A stretch of 64,000 bases of DNA from NCBI GenBank assembly GCA_030141605.1, contig JAQGDQ010000974.1, positions 10,230-74,229 on the forward strand, given 5' to 3'. The DNA comes from Tubiluchus corallicola. Its lineage: Eukaryota > Animalia > Priapulida. This document shows positions 13,201-24,699 of this stretch, piece after piece (within the stretch, counting starts at the first letter, position 1; every line of letters starts with the position of its first letter). The notes beneath the pieces are model-generated. The model saw nothing but the letters and a program-made list of their open reading frames with translations. It did no database searches and was not told the DNA's origin. Position numbers and translations under genes: made by a program.

Positions 13201-16200
13201 ACTTCGCCTGAAGGGTAACGTGTTTTTATTTCCTAAAGTTACATAAATTTTACCTACACCGAAGCTACAATGCTGTATAATGGCTGCAATACTGAGGAGG
13301 AGAGACAGTTGTGAAATTTGTGATTGATCGTGTAAAAAAATTCTATGGGTCGGTTTCAAGCTCTGGTCTTAGTTTGTGACTAACCAGTTCAGCCCCGGTA
13401 CATTTGCAAACCAATGTGAGTGCTAATTGAGTTGCAGAATGTTTTGCAAGTGCCCAAGATGAACAAAAACAAAGCCAGCGTAAAAATTGTTACTAATTTT
13501 TTTAAAGTTGTTATAATTGTTGCTACCTGTAAATTGTTAGTAGTATGAAAATCGTAATTTTACAATGGCTAAAAATGTTAATGCATATAATGTAACTAGG
13601 CTTGACATTTGCAACTGAAATAAATAAATAAATCTCAAATTAGTACTATTAGTCTCAACAGTTAGGAAAGAGAAGACGAGAGACAATGCCCGCAATGCTG
13701 GCAGCCACAATTTGTTTATGTGAAATTTAAAGTTATCGTTTTAAAGTAAATGTCACTTATAGAATTTGGGAATACCTCAAAAATACTCTTTTGATCAGAA
13801 TAGAACATGTGAATCAGGAGTTTCAGTGCTTCACTTCTCTCTAAGAGATGTTAGTTTTGATTTCAACATTCTTTACTAGCTTGCTCTTTTATTGATGTTG
13901 CGACGTATAGGCGAAAATCTTCATACGTAATTAGTAAAAATGTTGCCAGTTCGGGTAGCCAACCCATTGAGATCAATCTACGCACGCCAGTTTCCAGCAG
14001 CCGGCCTAGCACGGCCACATTCGGACGGCGACCCAGTGCAGCCGATTCGCATCGTCGCCCCAAAACGGCCAGTTCCGGACGTCGACCCAGCAAAGCTAAT
14101 GTTGCTAATAATAAATACAGCGGCAAGATGACACGGTCTGCTAAACAAGTGGAGAATGCTGACAGCGACTTCGACTCTGCTGTTGATACATTAGTAACTT
14201 TACGGAATTCCCTGCAAAAAGAACTAGGGGAGATGAGCAAGTAAGTTTAACTGTGTATATTCAAGATTCTTTTTTTCTGCATTGCCAAAATTCTGTGAAG
14301 AATGGGGTTATGATAAAATTATAATGATAAACTGTTGTTAATGATATTGTTAGAGCATTTTTCGTTAAATTGTTTAAAAAAATTCTCCAGAATAATACAC
14401 AATTTAACCGCTTTTTGCCACCTCCTTTGGACTGCAAAAAGTTGGCATTAATACATACATGTGTATGCAAATTGAAACATTTTGTTTTCTCAAAAGTCTG
14501 GATGTTAAGCGGAGTTAACATTTTAAAAGGGGGGGGGGGGTTATGATGAGATTTGGCTGTGCACTTTATAGTATACAAAAGTTCATGACTAATTACAACA
14601 TTTTCAGGATAATAATTGATTTTAGCTCATTATAGTAATTAGAAAGGAACTGAAATAATATCCCTTTGAGATGCTGAAACAATTGTAAAAAAAATTGTAA
14701 CGAAACAATTGTAAAGATGTAGCAATTGGTTTTACTTTTTACAAAACACTCGACAAGATATTTCAAGTACGTCTAATCTTTCACCAAATTATATTACGTC
14801 AATTAATTCTGGTTTTGCATTAATTTTGTTAATTTTTAATTGTGCTTTTGTTTATTATTCAGTTCTCCTATTGTGAAACTGTCATTTTTTTACCGTGTCC
14901 AAGTGTTCAGCATCGTATGAATTTTGGGAAATGAATTTCACAACCATTAGCTCATCCATTAAGTTATTACAGAATTTCTAACATAAGGGTGGCTGACCTA
15001 GTTGACCATATGGTCGTTCGCCACCCATTCTCCACACTACATTGTACTTGTATTTCCTTCGACACTACAAAATATTTTTCATTGTACGGAATTTAAAAAT
15101 ATCTGAATATTTCTGTGTATTGTTAAACATATCTTCTCTCATCTTATCAATAATAGACGAAATAGGTATGTGCAACAATGACAAATTCATCTGGTTTTAC
15201 CTGCCCTTTGTTTTTAATAGACAGAATGAGCAACTCTTTTACACTAAAAGTCTTTACCTTGAATTTTGCAGGGAACAAGATCGCCTAATTCGTTTAATCA
15301 GAGCCGAACCTGAAACTACTCAAATGAGACGTAACCTAGAGAAACGACTCGAATTATTACTTCGTCGCATGGAAAATACTGGCACAGAAATTGCAGAGCT
15401 GATTCAACATCAAAATGCAGTAAGAATTATTAAGAAACAGTTAATTCATTAACCCTTTCACTACGGAAGGTGGCACACTGCTGCCTATGTTTTTCATGCA
15501 AGGGATGGAAGGCGGTAGACTGCCGCCCAAGCTCAGCACTAAGCTAAGCGCAGTCACCCAGGTCTGTTTATTTCATTGCTATGGCCATTCAGAAACATTG
15601 TAAAAAAGTTTAACAGCCGTAGGATTGGGGTTGCTTCGCAACAAGTTATGCTAACCAGCCAATCAGCATCTGAAGCCAAGTGCAGTCCATAATACTGTAC
15701 TGTATAGTACGTTCTCATGCAAAATCACTTGTAGAGCGTTGACAAAGAGTGTGTTTAGTTGATTGTTCTTATAAAATGATTGCATATTATGGATTGGTGT
15801 TGCATCTTTTGTGAAAGTTGGTTTCTAAATATGAGTACAGGCTTATTTATGAGCATGTGCACGTGTGTTTGCGTGGGTGCATGTATGTGTGCTCATATGT
15901 GTGTGCATGTGTAAAAATAACAACTAATATTTAATATTACTACTTAATAACAGATAACTATTAGTTTATTTACAAGATTCTATTTTAGTAACACACCACA
16001 AGAATTTATTGTCAGGTGTGCAAAAGTCAATGTGGCCTGGGTAAAAAGCAACTACGTAGTGAAAGGCTTAACTGAAAAAACCTGAAATTTACAAAATAAC
16101 ATTGAGCTTCATCAGATTTTTGTGTGAGGCGGAAATCTAGAATTTTGAATAAATAGGGCTTCATTTAACGTCAGATTTTGCTAAACCAAGATAAGAAAAC

Positions 16201-18108
16201 GGCATTATTTTACAGACCATACGCATACGCTGTTGTCCATTTACGTAAATTGTTCTTAAATTAAGTATTTATTTTAAGAAAACTGAATTTTCTTTCAATA
16301 ACCATTTACTCATTATTAAACCTTAATTATCAGTTTTACCTTTAGTGTATTGCAAACTATTTTTAAATGCCATTTTCTAACTGCTAGTTAATTTATTGTC
16401 ATTTTTTCTGCATTTATACCTGTAACTAACATTTTGCACCTCTATGGTAAATTAGATTCTTACTGTTATGTATGTTTGGCTGAAAGCAAACAGAAATGAA
16501 AAACTATTTTATTTAAAATTAGACTTCAGTTTAATTTATTACATGCTAATAGCGATTTTATTCTAAATAATCAGAATGTCTAAAAATTTTCCATTTCGAT
16601 GCAGTTGTTTCACACATTATTTTCTCTAAGTTTTTGGTTTAACTTTAAATTTTTTATTTTAATTCATTCGTTTAAATTTTTTAAAACTACAAATACACTT
16701 CATATGTGTACGTTCATATGAATGTGTCCACGATAGGGACGTTGCCCTACCACATTTCCCGTAGGCTACTTTCCAGCTAACTTACTCTAAAAGACGTGTT
16801 CAGAGCACTGAACTAAAACTCTTTAAATTCCGACTGCCATTGCAGAATGCTTTTCCGTCTTTCTTTTTATTATTTACTGCTATATGTCATGATTAACTTT
16901 TATATATTATATTATTAATTATTTAATTATAATTATATATTATGGTTATTTAAAAAGTTCTTTACATCGGATTATAACTCCTGGAAGAGGAGTCAAAACG
17001 TTATAATTAAACATTTTTAAATCATCTTTATAGGCATTCATTTATTATAGTAGTAATTCTTTGGTGCAAAATCATTCATAAAAAACAATATTTTCCCTTC
17101 GTTTTTTATCTTAGATCATATGAGTTATGTTATATAGGAATTTTTACTTTTTTTCTTAAAGTAAAACCGGATGATTGTGTAAACACGAGTTCAGAATAAA
17201 GTATGCTCTAAAATATTGAAAACTACAATAGCTTTTTTTTAATCAAAGCTTAGATTAAATAATAATTACCTCGGATACTCAAATTTTGTTAAACTTTCAA
17301 AGCTACGCGCGGCTCAGTGAATCTACTAAGATTGGCAGCGGCGCCTTTTTGTCACATGCGCGTGGCCGACAAATAGAAGACGGTACTGTCATAACCATGA
17401 TCATGAACTGCAGTGTTAGCTTCTCACGTCATATGACGTAGAACCCATTTTCGTGACATCATGCATTTACGCAGTACTGTAACACCTATGCAAACGTGCT
17501 TGAGGGATATGCCTGCCATTGCACAAACTGTGGTTAGTTTCTGACGCAAGCAATAGCTGTGTTCGGTTGCCGTTAATTAACTTTCTAAGCTAATTATGCA
17601 AATATAAGAAACAATTGTTAACTTTTATAAGTAAGAAAATGTATATTTTGGACAGTAAATTAAAATGAGATTGAGTCTAAACAATCACCCGGTCTTCCTT
17701 TAAGCAAAGACTCATTATAGTTTTCTCTGTTTCTAGGACCTAAGAAAATTTTTATGCATATACTTAACGTAATCATTTATGATAATGAAATTGTGCATTA
17801 ATTTACACTATACTGCTTTCTTAGCAGCACTATTGAAATTGTTTCGACTCACTACATATCTGCCTGGACCTTAGATACGTTTCTCTTTTCCTTAGATGTC
17901 AGAAATGTTTGCCGGTCGTTCTTCTACAACTGCTGGTGATTCCGTAACTCCTCGGAGCTCCAGGCTAACAAACCAACTCACTGATAAATCGTATGCAGTC
18001 AAAAAGGAGCCGAAAGCTACTACTAGAGCAAGACCTGCTCAGAAACTCTTACATGACCTTCGTTCTACCAAAAGGACTATAACCAAAGACGATTTTACCT
18101 GGGAATAA
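4277..18108 (+). CDS. CEP57: Centrosomal protein CEP57/translokin family, multi-exon
   Basis: Phase-compatible GT-AG exons: 4277-4322, 4719-4862 (GVITALRNLQAKISYLERER), 5585-5700 (RCAVLNQQIDNMRGML), 6801-6920 (KLEKISRLEENYLRLSALQNIAQ), 7923-8000 and/or 9387-9458, 11384-11611 (HFRFHFNDLPFVAGK), 13120-13214 (STAPSHSLGGNIQ), 13911-14240, 15272-15419 (LEKRLELLLRRME), 17896-18108 (LLHDLRS...DDFTWE*). These motifs match the CEP57 centrosome-localisation domain, the PFVAGKSTSPSH motif, the microtubule-binding domain and the C-terminal W motif. Confidence 0.9.
4995..5464 (-). mobile_element. 5'-truncated LINE (CR1/L2-like) 3' fragment
   Basis: Minus-strand translation RTNNKYGNNSITKQVVQLWNTWLSNLKQIKSFDEFKSKLKIH resembles the CR1/L2 ORF2 C-terminus. 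It is followed by AATAAA and an (AT)n tail. Confidence 0.65.
6970..7473. mobile_element. Tc1/mariner (pogo/Tigger-like) MITE
   Basis: TA|CAGTCATACCTCCG ... CCGAGGTATTATCG|TA: imperfect TIRs with TA flanks. Confidence 0.6.
8307..8803. mobile_element. Tc1/mariner (pogo/Tigger-like) MITE
   Basis: TA|CAGCGATGCCTCGAGATACGAAA ... TTTCGTAAGTCGAGATTCCACTG|TA. Confidence 0.65.
10432..11107. mobile_element. hAT-like MITE
   Basis: TIRs CAGGGATATTACCAAAAC / GTTTTGGTAACATCCCTG. 8-bp flanks ACTGTAGT and ACTCCAGT match at 6/8. Confidence 0.7.
12282..12813. mobile_element. hAT-like MITE
   Basis: TIRs CAGGGACGAGAAT / ATTCTCATCCCTG. TSD not clean. Confidence 0.55.
15453..16067. mobile_element. piggyBac-like MITE
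   Basis: TTAA|CCCTTTCACTACG ... CGTAGTGAAAGGC|TTAA (TIR match 12/13). Confidence 0.75.
17160..17699. mobile_element. Kolobok-like MITE, copy 2 (opposite orientation to copy 1)
   Basis: TTAA|AGTAAAACCGG ... CCGGTCTTCCT|TTAA; body homologous to the reverse complement of 1397-1899. Confidence 0.8.
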
Positions 18109-18305
18109 TCATTTCATATGTGGAAGCCAATGTTTATGCTTAAATCACTTTATATGTACAATCTATTTGTACTATCTAAAAATCCAGCATGAAATTTTTT
18201 TTATAAGAAGTGTTTTATCAATGTGACGTCTTGGTTTGTGTATTTTTTAAAGCCTTTGCCTATGTGTTCAATATTTCAAGCTTAAATTGAAGTGATTGTG
18301 TGATA

Positions 18306-18437
18306 GTTCAATCAATTCTTTTATTGTCTTTACTGTCGTGTAGGTGGCATGCCAAAAATCGTGCGTATCAAGTTCAATCAATTCTTCTATTGTCTTTGCT
18401 GTCGTGTAAGTGGCATGCCAAAAATTGTGCGTATCAC
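18306..18437. repeat. Tandem duplication (two units of about 65 bp) between the CEP57 and POLR3G stop codons
   Basis: AGTTCAATCAATTCTT.TATTGTCTTT.CTGTCGTGTA.GTGGCATGCCAAAAAT.GTGCGTATCA occurs twice. Confidence 0.8.
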
Positions 18438-18754
18438 TCAACAGTGTCATATTGTCTGGCATTTATTACATTGTTCAAACAAAAAGTGCTTCCTTGTAAA
18501 TTGCATTTCTTACGCTGTTTAGTCGTGCTAATCAAGTTCAAGTTTTAATCCCTTGAAATGTTTTATACTAGTCATGAAATGCCTGTAAATAGTACTGATA
18601 AATCTTGCTGTACTTCTTAGCATAGGTATGTTTTCTAAATTACTCTCAGTTACATGTTATTGAAATATGCTATTTATTTAAAAAAGTTATATAATAAAGA
18701 GAATTTTACACAGTTAAACAATATGGTTGCAAGAAATGCCTCAGGACAAAAGTG

Positions 18755-21314
18755 TCAATAAATGGGGCCATCGTCAAGATTATCTTCTTCATCATCTAAA
18801 AAGTTTTCTCCGTTGTCAAAGTACGAAGATATGTAATCTGTTCCCTCCTCCATGTCCTCTTCATCATAATCTTCGTCATCTATCTCTTCTTCCTCGCCTT
18901 CTACATTCTCATTTGTTTTCTTTTCCTCGTGCTCTTCATGGGGCGCATCCTTCACTTCTTGCTCTTCTAGTACTTCTAATGAAGTTAATACGTCATCGAC
19001 TTGTTTCTTCGAAGTTTTATCACTCAACAGTATCTTTGGTTTTATCACAGCTTTTGCCTTACGAGATTTTTTCGTCCTTATACGTAATTCTTTGGGCAAA
19101 CGATTCCACATAGGGATCCACTCTCGGGAATTGTCTCCATTCCCGTTAATTTGATATTTATCGGTGTATCGTTCAATGTCCCTTTTCACATGAGACGTTT
19201 TAATGAAGTATGGAGAGTCACGCATGGTAGTTCGAAACTCTTGTTTAAGTGCTAGCATGTAGTCATAATTATCACCAGTAGCTAATGGAACAGGTTTTCT
19301 TTCTAAAGGTGGAAATATAGGTGGAGGTTGTACGGTTGGACCAGGTAACGATTCACCTGTAAAGAAAGAATTGACCTAAATTAAATCACCTTGATTAAAC
19401 TCTGATCCTGCACCAAAATCCCGATCCCATCTGAAATAAAATTACCCATCTACATCCTAGACAACATGAAGAAAATCGTCTGGGAATGCTGCACGTAGAA
19501 AAGGGATGCATGACTGCAGTTAGCTGCCCTAGGGCGACAATACTGCTAAATTTTAAGAATCTAAAATCTTCCTACAAGGGATTTTCGTCAGGGACACCAA
19601 ACTTAGGTGCCACACGCTTTAGCTATGCCATTTTTCCCGTGTTGGAAACCAGTATACGTCTCGTATGCTAATTTTAATACAGTCTAACCTCGTTATCTCG
19701 CCACTGTCCGTCTAGGGCAAATTTTTGGCGAGAGGCGAGTATGGCGAGATAACGGGAATATAACGAAGTTAGTCTATATGTATGTACATACTGTACATAA
19801 TAGTTGATTAGCATAGTGTTCCTCTATGTACATATAAAATATATTTCACATTATGATACCAATCAACATTAAATCAGAAATGAAAAAATGTCATTTTCGC
19901 TCACAGTGTTTCCGAAATCTGTCTAAAATTATGTCTGGATACGTAGCTTTTTGTGCGTCAGTTTTAGTTGCTAGCGGGCCTTGAAAAATCAGTCTGCAAT
20001 ATTGCTCAAACGCTTTAAAACTCGACGGTAAATCACGACAACTCCAGTCCATACAAGGTGGATTTATTCCCGATAAACCTCCCATCATTTCTTGGCACTG
20101 AGTTTCGTTGAAGTAATTATACGTAGCGTTTAAAATTATTGTAACAGACAACACAGTTCGTAGTAAGCTATTGCGTCGCACACTGTAGAACTGTACGTAA
20201 ATGCTTGCGATGTCAAGACTTCAAGGTCACTGTCTTGGAAATTCAATTGTTTTTCTTTGCGCACAGATCTGACCGTCGGGGCTTTCGCACTACTTTAATG
20301 ATGAGCGGGAACATGCCAACGTGGTCTCCTGCTGAGCGGCCGTGCGTTTACAGCTAGTATGCCTTTCTGATATTAAACTTCCTTGAAAACTGGTATTTCT
20401 CACAGCTTCCTGGTGTTTGGCAGTGTAAGTCCGTTTCCACTGGCTGCCACCATGTAATATTATGTACTAGAGCACAGTATTTATATGTAAATTTCCTTTT
20501 TTTTTGTTCAGGATTAAGACAAAACAGTTTTCGCTTCAGAGACATCATGTAAAGTTGCTCACACTTTGTGGGAACTCAAACTTAAACGCAGCTTTGGCGC
20601 TTTAGTTTCTCTGCGCATTAACCAAGTCTGCAGCATTGTCTACAAGCAGCATTGTCTACATACCACGGTTATATTGATCGACACGCGGTATATGTACAGT
20701 ATTAATTGATTCACCTCTGAGTCTGTTTGGCGACATAACGAATACAGTTTACATAAGCACTCATCCTAGCATGACGTGGCGAGGGTGGCGACTTAACGAG
20801 GTAAATATCACAGCAGGAAATCCCTCCTGGTACTTTCTATGGCGAGAGACGAGTTTGGCGGCATAACGAGGGGCGAGGTTATACTGTACTTTAAATTCAA
20901 CAAACTACTGTTCTTATTCCGAGTCCATCAAAAAATTCTAAATAATTTTCTGCAATCGTTCAGCTGATTACTTTTGACAGTGGCGATAGTAGGTAAGAGT
21001 TACACGTAAATAAATGGTTAAGAACTTGTGACACACGGTAATATTCGTGTCGAGCATGAAAATAATACTACTACTGAGTACTACTAGTAATCAATATAGC
21101 TACTAATTTTGAAATTTGTAGTTTGCATTAATTAGATAGTTAAAAAAAACCGTTGAAGTAGTCTGGCTTTTAGAGAACTCGGTGCAATATTAAACATTTG
21201 TGAATAAGGAAAAATTCGTTTTACGTAACAAAACGGTTTAAATGAAACACCTCTTCCAAATCCCAAGTTTTCGATGTTAAATGAAAAGTTGCGGCCTCGC
21301 CCTCTGCCAGCCAT
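18755..21314 (-). CDS. POLR3G: RNA polymerase III subunit RPC7 (POLR3G/POLR3GL family), two coding exons
   Basis: Exons 21314-21251 (MAGRGRGRNFSFNIENLGFGR) and 19356-18755 (GESLPGPTVQPPPIFPPLERKPVPL...YMLALKQEFR...SPYFI...DIERYTDKY...WNRLPKEL...acidic tract...TDYISSYFDNGENF...GPIY*), joined across a phase-1 GT-AG intron. Carries the RPC31/RPC7 hallmark motifs. Confidence 0.93.
19680..20886. mobile_element. Tc1/mariner-like non-autonomous element in the POLR3G intron
   Basis: TA|CAGTCTAACCTCG ... CGAGGTTATACTG|TA with subterminal CTCGTTATCTCGCC repeats. Partial copies at 53242-53446, 56116-56272 and 58327-58575. Confidence 0.75.
19891..20090 (-). pseudogene. Ty3/Gypsy (Mag-like) gag N-terminal fragment
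   Basis: GLSGINPPCMDWSCRDLPSSFKAFEQYCRLIFQGPLATKTDAQKATY matches the typical gag start (PP.MDW...L...F..F.Q.C.LIF.GPL..K....K..Y); truncated. Confidence 0.65.
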
Positions 21315-21448
21315 ATTGCTCTAATTACGTAAGTATGAAACTGACACCACTGCACGACATAAAGCTATAAAATTATAACTTCTAAGTTGCACATGACAAA
21401 ATAATCATAAAACAGCAAACACGTGAGCCGCCATGATGGTTATACTTA

Positions 21449-22284
21449 TGTTGGGAGCCGAGTGGACCACTGCGCCAAGTAGGACACTAGAGACAGGTCG
21501 CGAATTGAGTCGTTAAGTGTACTGACACCGTCCGTTGTGCTTGTTTATGTAATAATAATAATTAAAAACGTTAGTACACGTTGAATAATTTATTATACAT
21601 CTAATAAAATAAAAAAAATTATTCTGAGCTGGTAGAAGCACCGCGAGGAGGTCGAGAAGTTGGACTTGATTAGCTCAGCAAAAAATTTTTTTGATGGCTA
21701 CCTTGCCTTTAAAGCGATCAGTTTATGCCCACTCATACATACACACAGTGATTGCTATTTCAGTTCAAAATCAATTTTCGTTTTGTTTTGAAAATATCAG
21801 TTTGTTCATAGGGCAACATCGCTATAACAAACCAATATTTTTCATCCACACTGAGGATTTGGAATTAATGTTAGAAAAATTTATCAGCTGCATTTTTATA
21901 AACATGTTTATGCAATTCAAGTAGCAAAATATTGGACTGAATTAGCAATGCACTTTCACAGAATGCAATACAAAATAAATATGACTATGGAAACAATAAT
22001 AAATACGAGCAAAGTAAATAACAGGCTAAGCTACAACAATATTACAAAATAACATTTTGTTTGGGACTCAAAAAAGTTATTACTAGTAACACAATAAACC
22101 AAAACTTGACAAAAGTACATAAACACTGGAATATTCTCACTTAATATTTAAGTCTACAGCTAAACAATCATACATCTAACACCTACATTTATCGCTAGTG
22201 TCCTACTTGGGCTGCCCATGTAGGACACTACTTTTAGCGCATCAAGTGGTCTACTTGGCGCAGTGGTCCACTCGGCTCCCAACA
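21449..22284. mobile_element. Long-TIR MITE of unclear superfamily
   Basis: About 34-bp perfect inverted repeats TGTTGGGAGCCGAGTGGACCACTGCGCCAAGTAG / CTACTTGGCGCAGTGGTCCACTCGGCTCCCAACA. No clear TSD. Confidence 0.75.
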
Positions 22285-23410
22285 CCTACTATTAAGCATA
22301 TGGTAATGTAAAGTTTGCCTATAATTCGACCAAGTTCAAAATTCAATTTTGTTTTATTGAAAGCAACAATATTAATGTATAAAAATTTTATGATCATTTC
22401 TTTATCTCCGAATTCTACCTGTCCGCCCAATGTCTGTAAAGACGTAATTGACGTATGATGATGATGACGATAACAGTATTATCTTCATATAAATATTGTA
22501 TATTGTTTTTGTTGTGTTTTGTTTCTCTCGCAAGGCTCGTAGAGAAAACCAGAAAAGACGCCGTCAAGTAAAACTAATTTATTTAGCGAGAATTCTACAG
22601 CACAAAAGTATGAAGAAACGATAAACGATTGCTGTAAATGTGAAAATCTGGAAACGTTTAAGTATATCTGAGAATGTAAGTATACAAGTATATGTCCGTG
22701 TTAGATCTGTGTGCTCTGTGTGCTTCCGTGACAGCAGCCTGCTTTGCCTTATATAGCGCACTAAAGAAACTTCCAAAAGTAATGTTCCAGAACATTCCAG
22801 ATGGTAAGGCGGTCATTCTAACGGAACATTCTATGATGTTCTATGTAATTCTAGTTGATGCCAGCAATCTCCACAACAGTTTTGAACATCGAACGTTCGA
22901 GTTGTTATATATTGTTAATATCGTTATATCGTGTAAAAGAGACAAATAAATTGAATTTAATTGAATTAAACTTATAGTTGCCTGTGTACATATTATGCAT
23001 TCTAAAACAACACCTCCCATCTCTTCTACTAAGCATCCCTGAAAGTCTGCTTTTACTACAGCCCACAATGCATTATCCTCAAATCTAGAACTGCATGCAC
23101 TTGCTAATTCCTATGTAGGCTTTACATATCATGCAGCCAGACAGCCGCAATAATTTTTATGTCAACAGTTGACCTTTCTTGGCACATTTTCGAGCTGCTT
23201 TATTGCCTTAGGAAGAGTAGATTCTCAAGGTAATCGCATTCCCAATCTAGTACAGTTTTCTTTTTTGTATTGGCTTACACCAAAGGCCTTTCTCTTTCAC
23301 ATCATGCCTATACATGCAGATCATTGTTGGATATTTTGACAGGCCATTGATACCTAATAGATGACAAGAAGAGAAAATAAATGGTTTTTTAAAACATCTC
23401 CACTGGTAGA

Positions 23411-23720
23411 TGGGGGTCAGCATCGAACGTTCGAGTTCAAATATTTGAATCGAATTCAATTCGAGCATGATTTTTAGTTCGAATTTGATTCGAACCTGAA
23501 ACTACAGATTCGAGTAATTCAGCACTTCATTCACGTATGTTCTTTATCATTAAAATACATGAACAGCATGCAATTAACAAAATTTATGTGCAGTTTCTGT
23601 GCAAATTTTTTAACCAACTAATAGTAATTTTACTGCAGAACAAAATCAAATAATATACATGATCTTTGTAAGACTACTTTTTACTTGTGGTTAAAAATTT
23701 GTTCAAAACTTGGATTTCGA
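23411..23720. mobile_element. Partial TTCGAA-rich hAT MITE, inverted relative to 23853-24268
   Basis: Starts GGGGGTCAGCATCGAACGTTCGAG and aligns to the reverse complement of 23960-24268. Confidence 0.7.
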
Positions 23721-23852
23721 TATGTCTGTACACGGTGTAAATAACACAGAAGAATGAAATGTTACTTATTTTACTGTGTTCTGAAAGGCATTAAGGTGGT
23801 TTTTCCTGTTAGCCAACCAGCATTAATTTTGAATCATTATGCATGTATTTAT

Positions 23853-24268
23853 TAGGGGTGAGCATTTTCTACCAGAAAGCGAATTCGAATCGAACCGAAT
23901 TTGTGACTTTCGAATTCGAACCGAACTTCAGTGTTTCGAATTCGAACCAAATTCGAATTGAGATCGAACGATTTTCGAACTAGTTTTCGAACCACCAGTA
24001 AAAATTAGTCTTACAAAGATCATGCATATCACTAGATTTTGTTCTGCAATAAAACGACTAGTAATTTGCTTGAAGTTGTGCGCAGAAATAACAACTAAAT
24101 TATGTTAATTACATGATGTTTCAATCGTTTTAATGATCAGGAACATATGTGATTGAAGTGCTGAATTATTCGAATTTATAGTTTTGGATTCGAATCGAGT
24201 TCGAACTAAAAAAACTCGTTCGAGTTCGATTCGAATGTTCGAACTCGAACGTTCGATGCTCACCCCTA
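23853..24268. mobile_element. hAT-like MITE (TTCGAA-rich family), full length
   Basis: TIRs TAGGGGTGAGCAT / ATGCTCACCCCTA. 8-bp TSD GTATTTAT and GTATTTGT. Confidence 0.85.
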
Positions 24269-24699
24269 GTATTTGTTACTAATGCATATGTGATTGTAAT
24301 GCTTTTTCAAATAAAATATTGCTTAAACTGACACTGTAGAATTGGAATAAATAACATTAAATAAAGTGAAACAGAATATAAGACAGAAATCACAGAATAT
24401 TTTACAGAATAGGTCGTAGCAAAAAGGCGAATTGCAATACTGTGATTATTTTATGCAATGATTTCCCGTAACACCTAAGGTAACAAAGCCGACGCAAAAT
24501 GCAAAAGAAAGTTTAAGAAACTGTATTAATAGGGATAATCACTGTATACAACTTAAAGGGATAATCACTTGTTTTCAATTCCCAGTTTTTGAATGATATT
24601 TTGCTTTTTAGAACGTTGTTGTTCAAGGGTTTTGTTAGGTTTATATTTTAATTTCCACACGGCTGCTGCTTGCTGTTAATCTGTAATTTGCACAGCACC

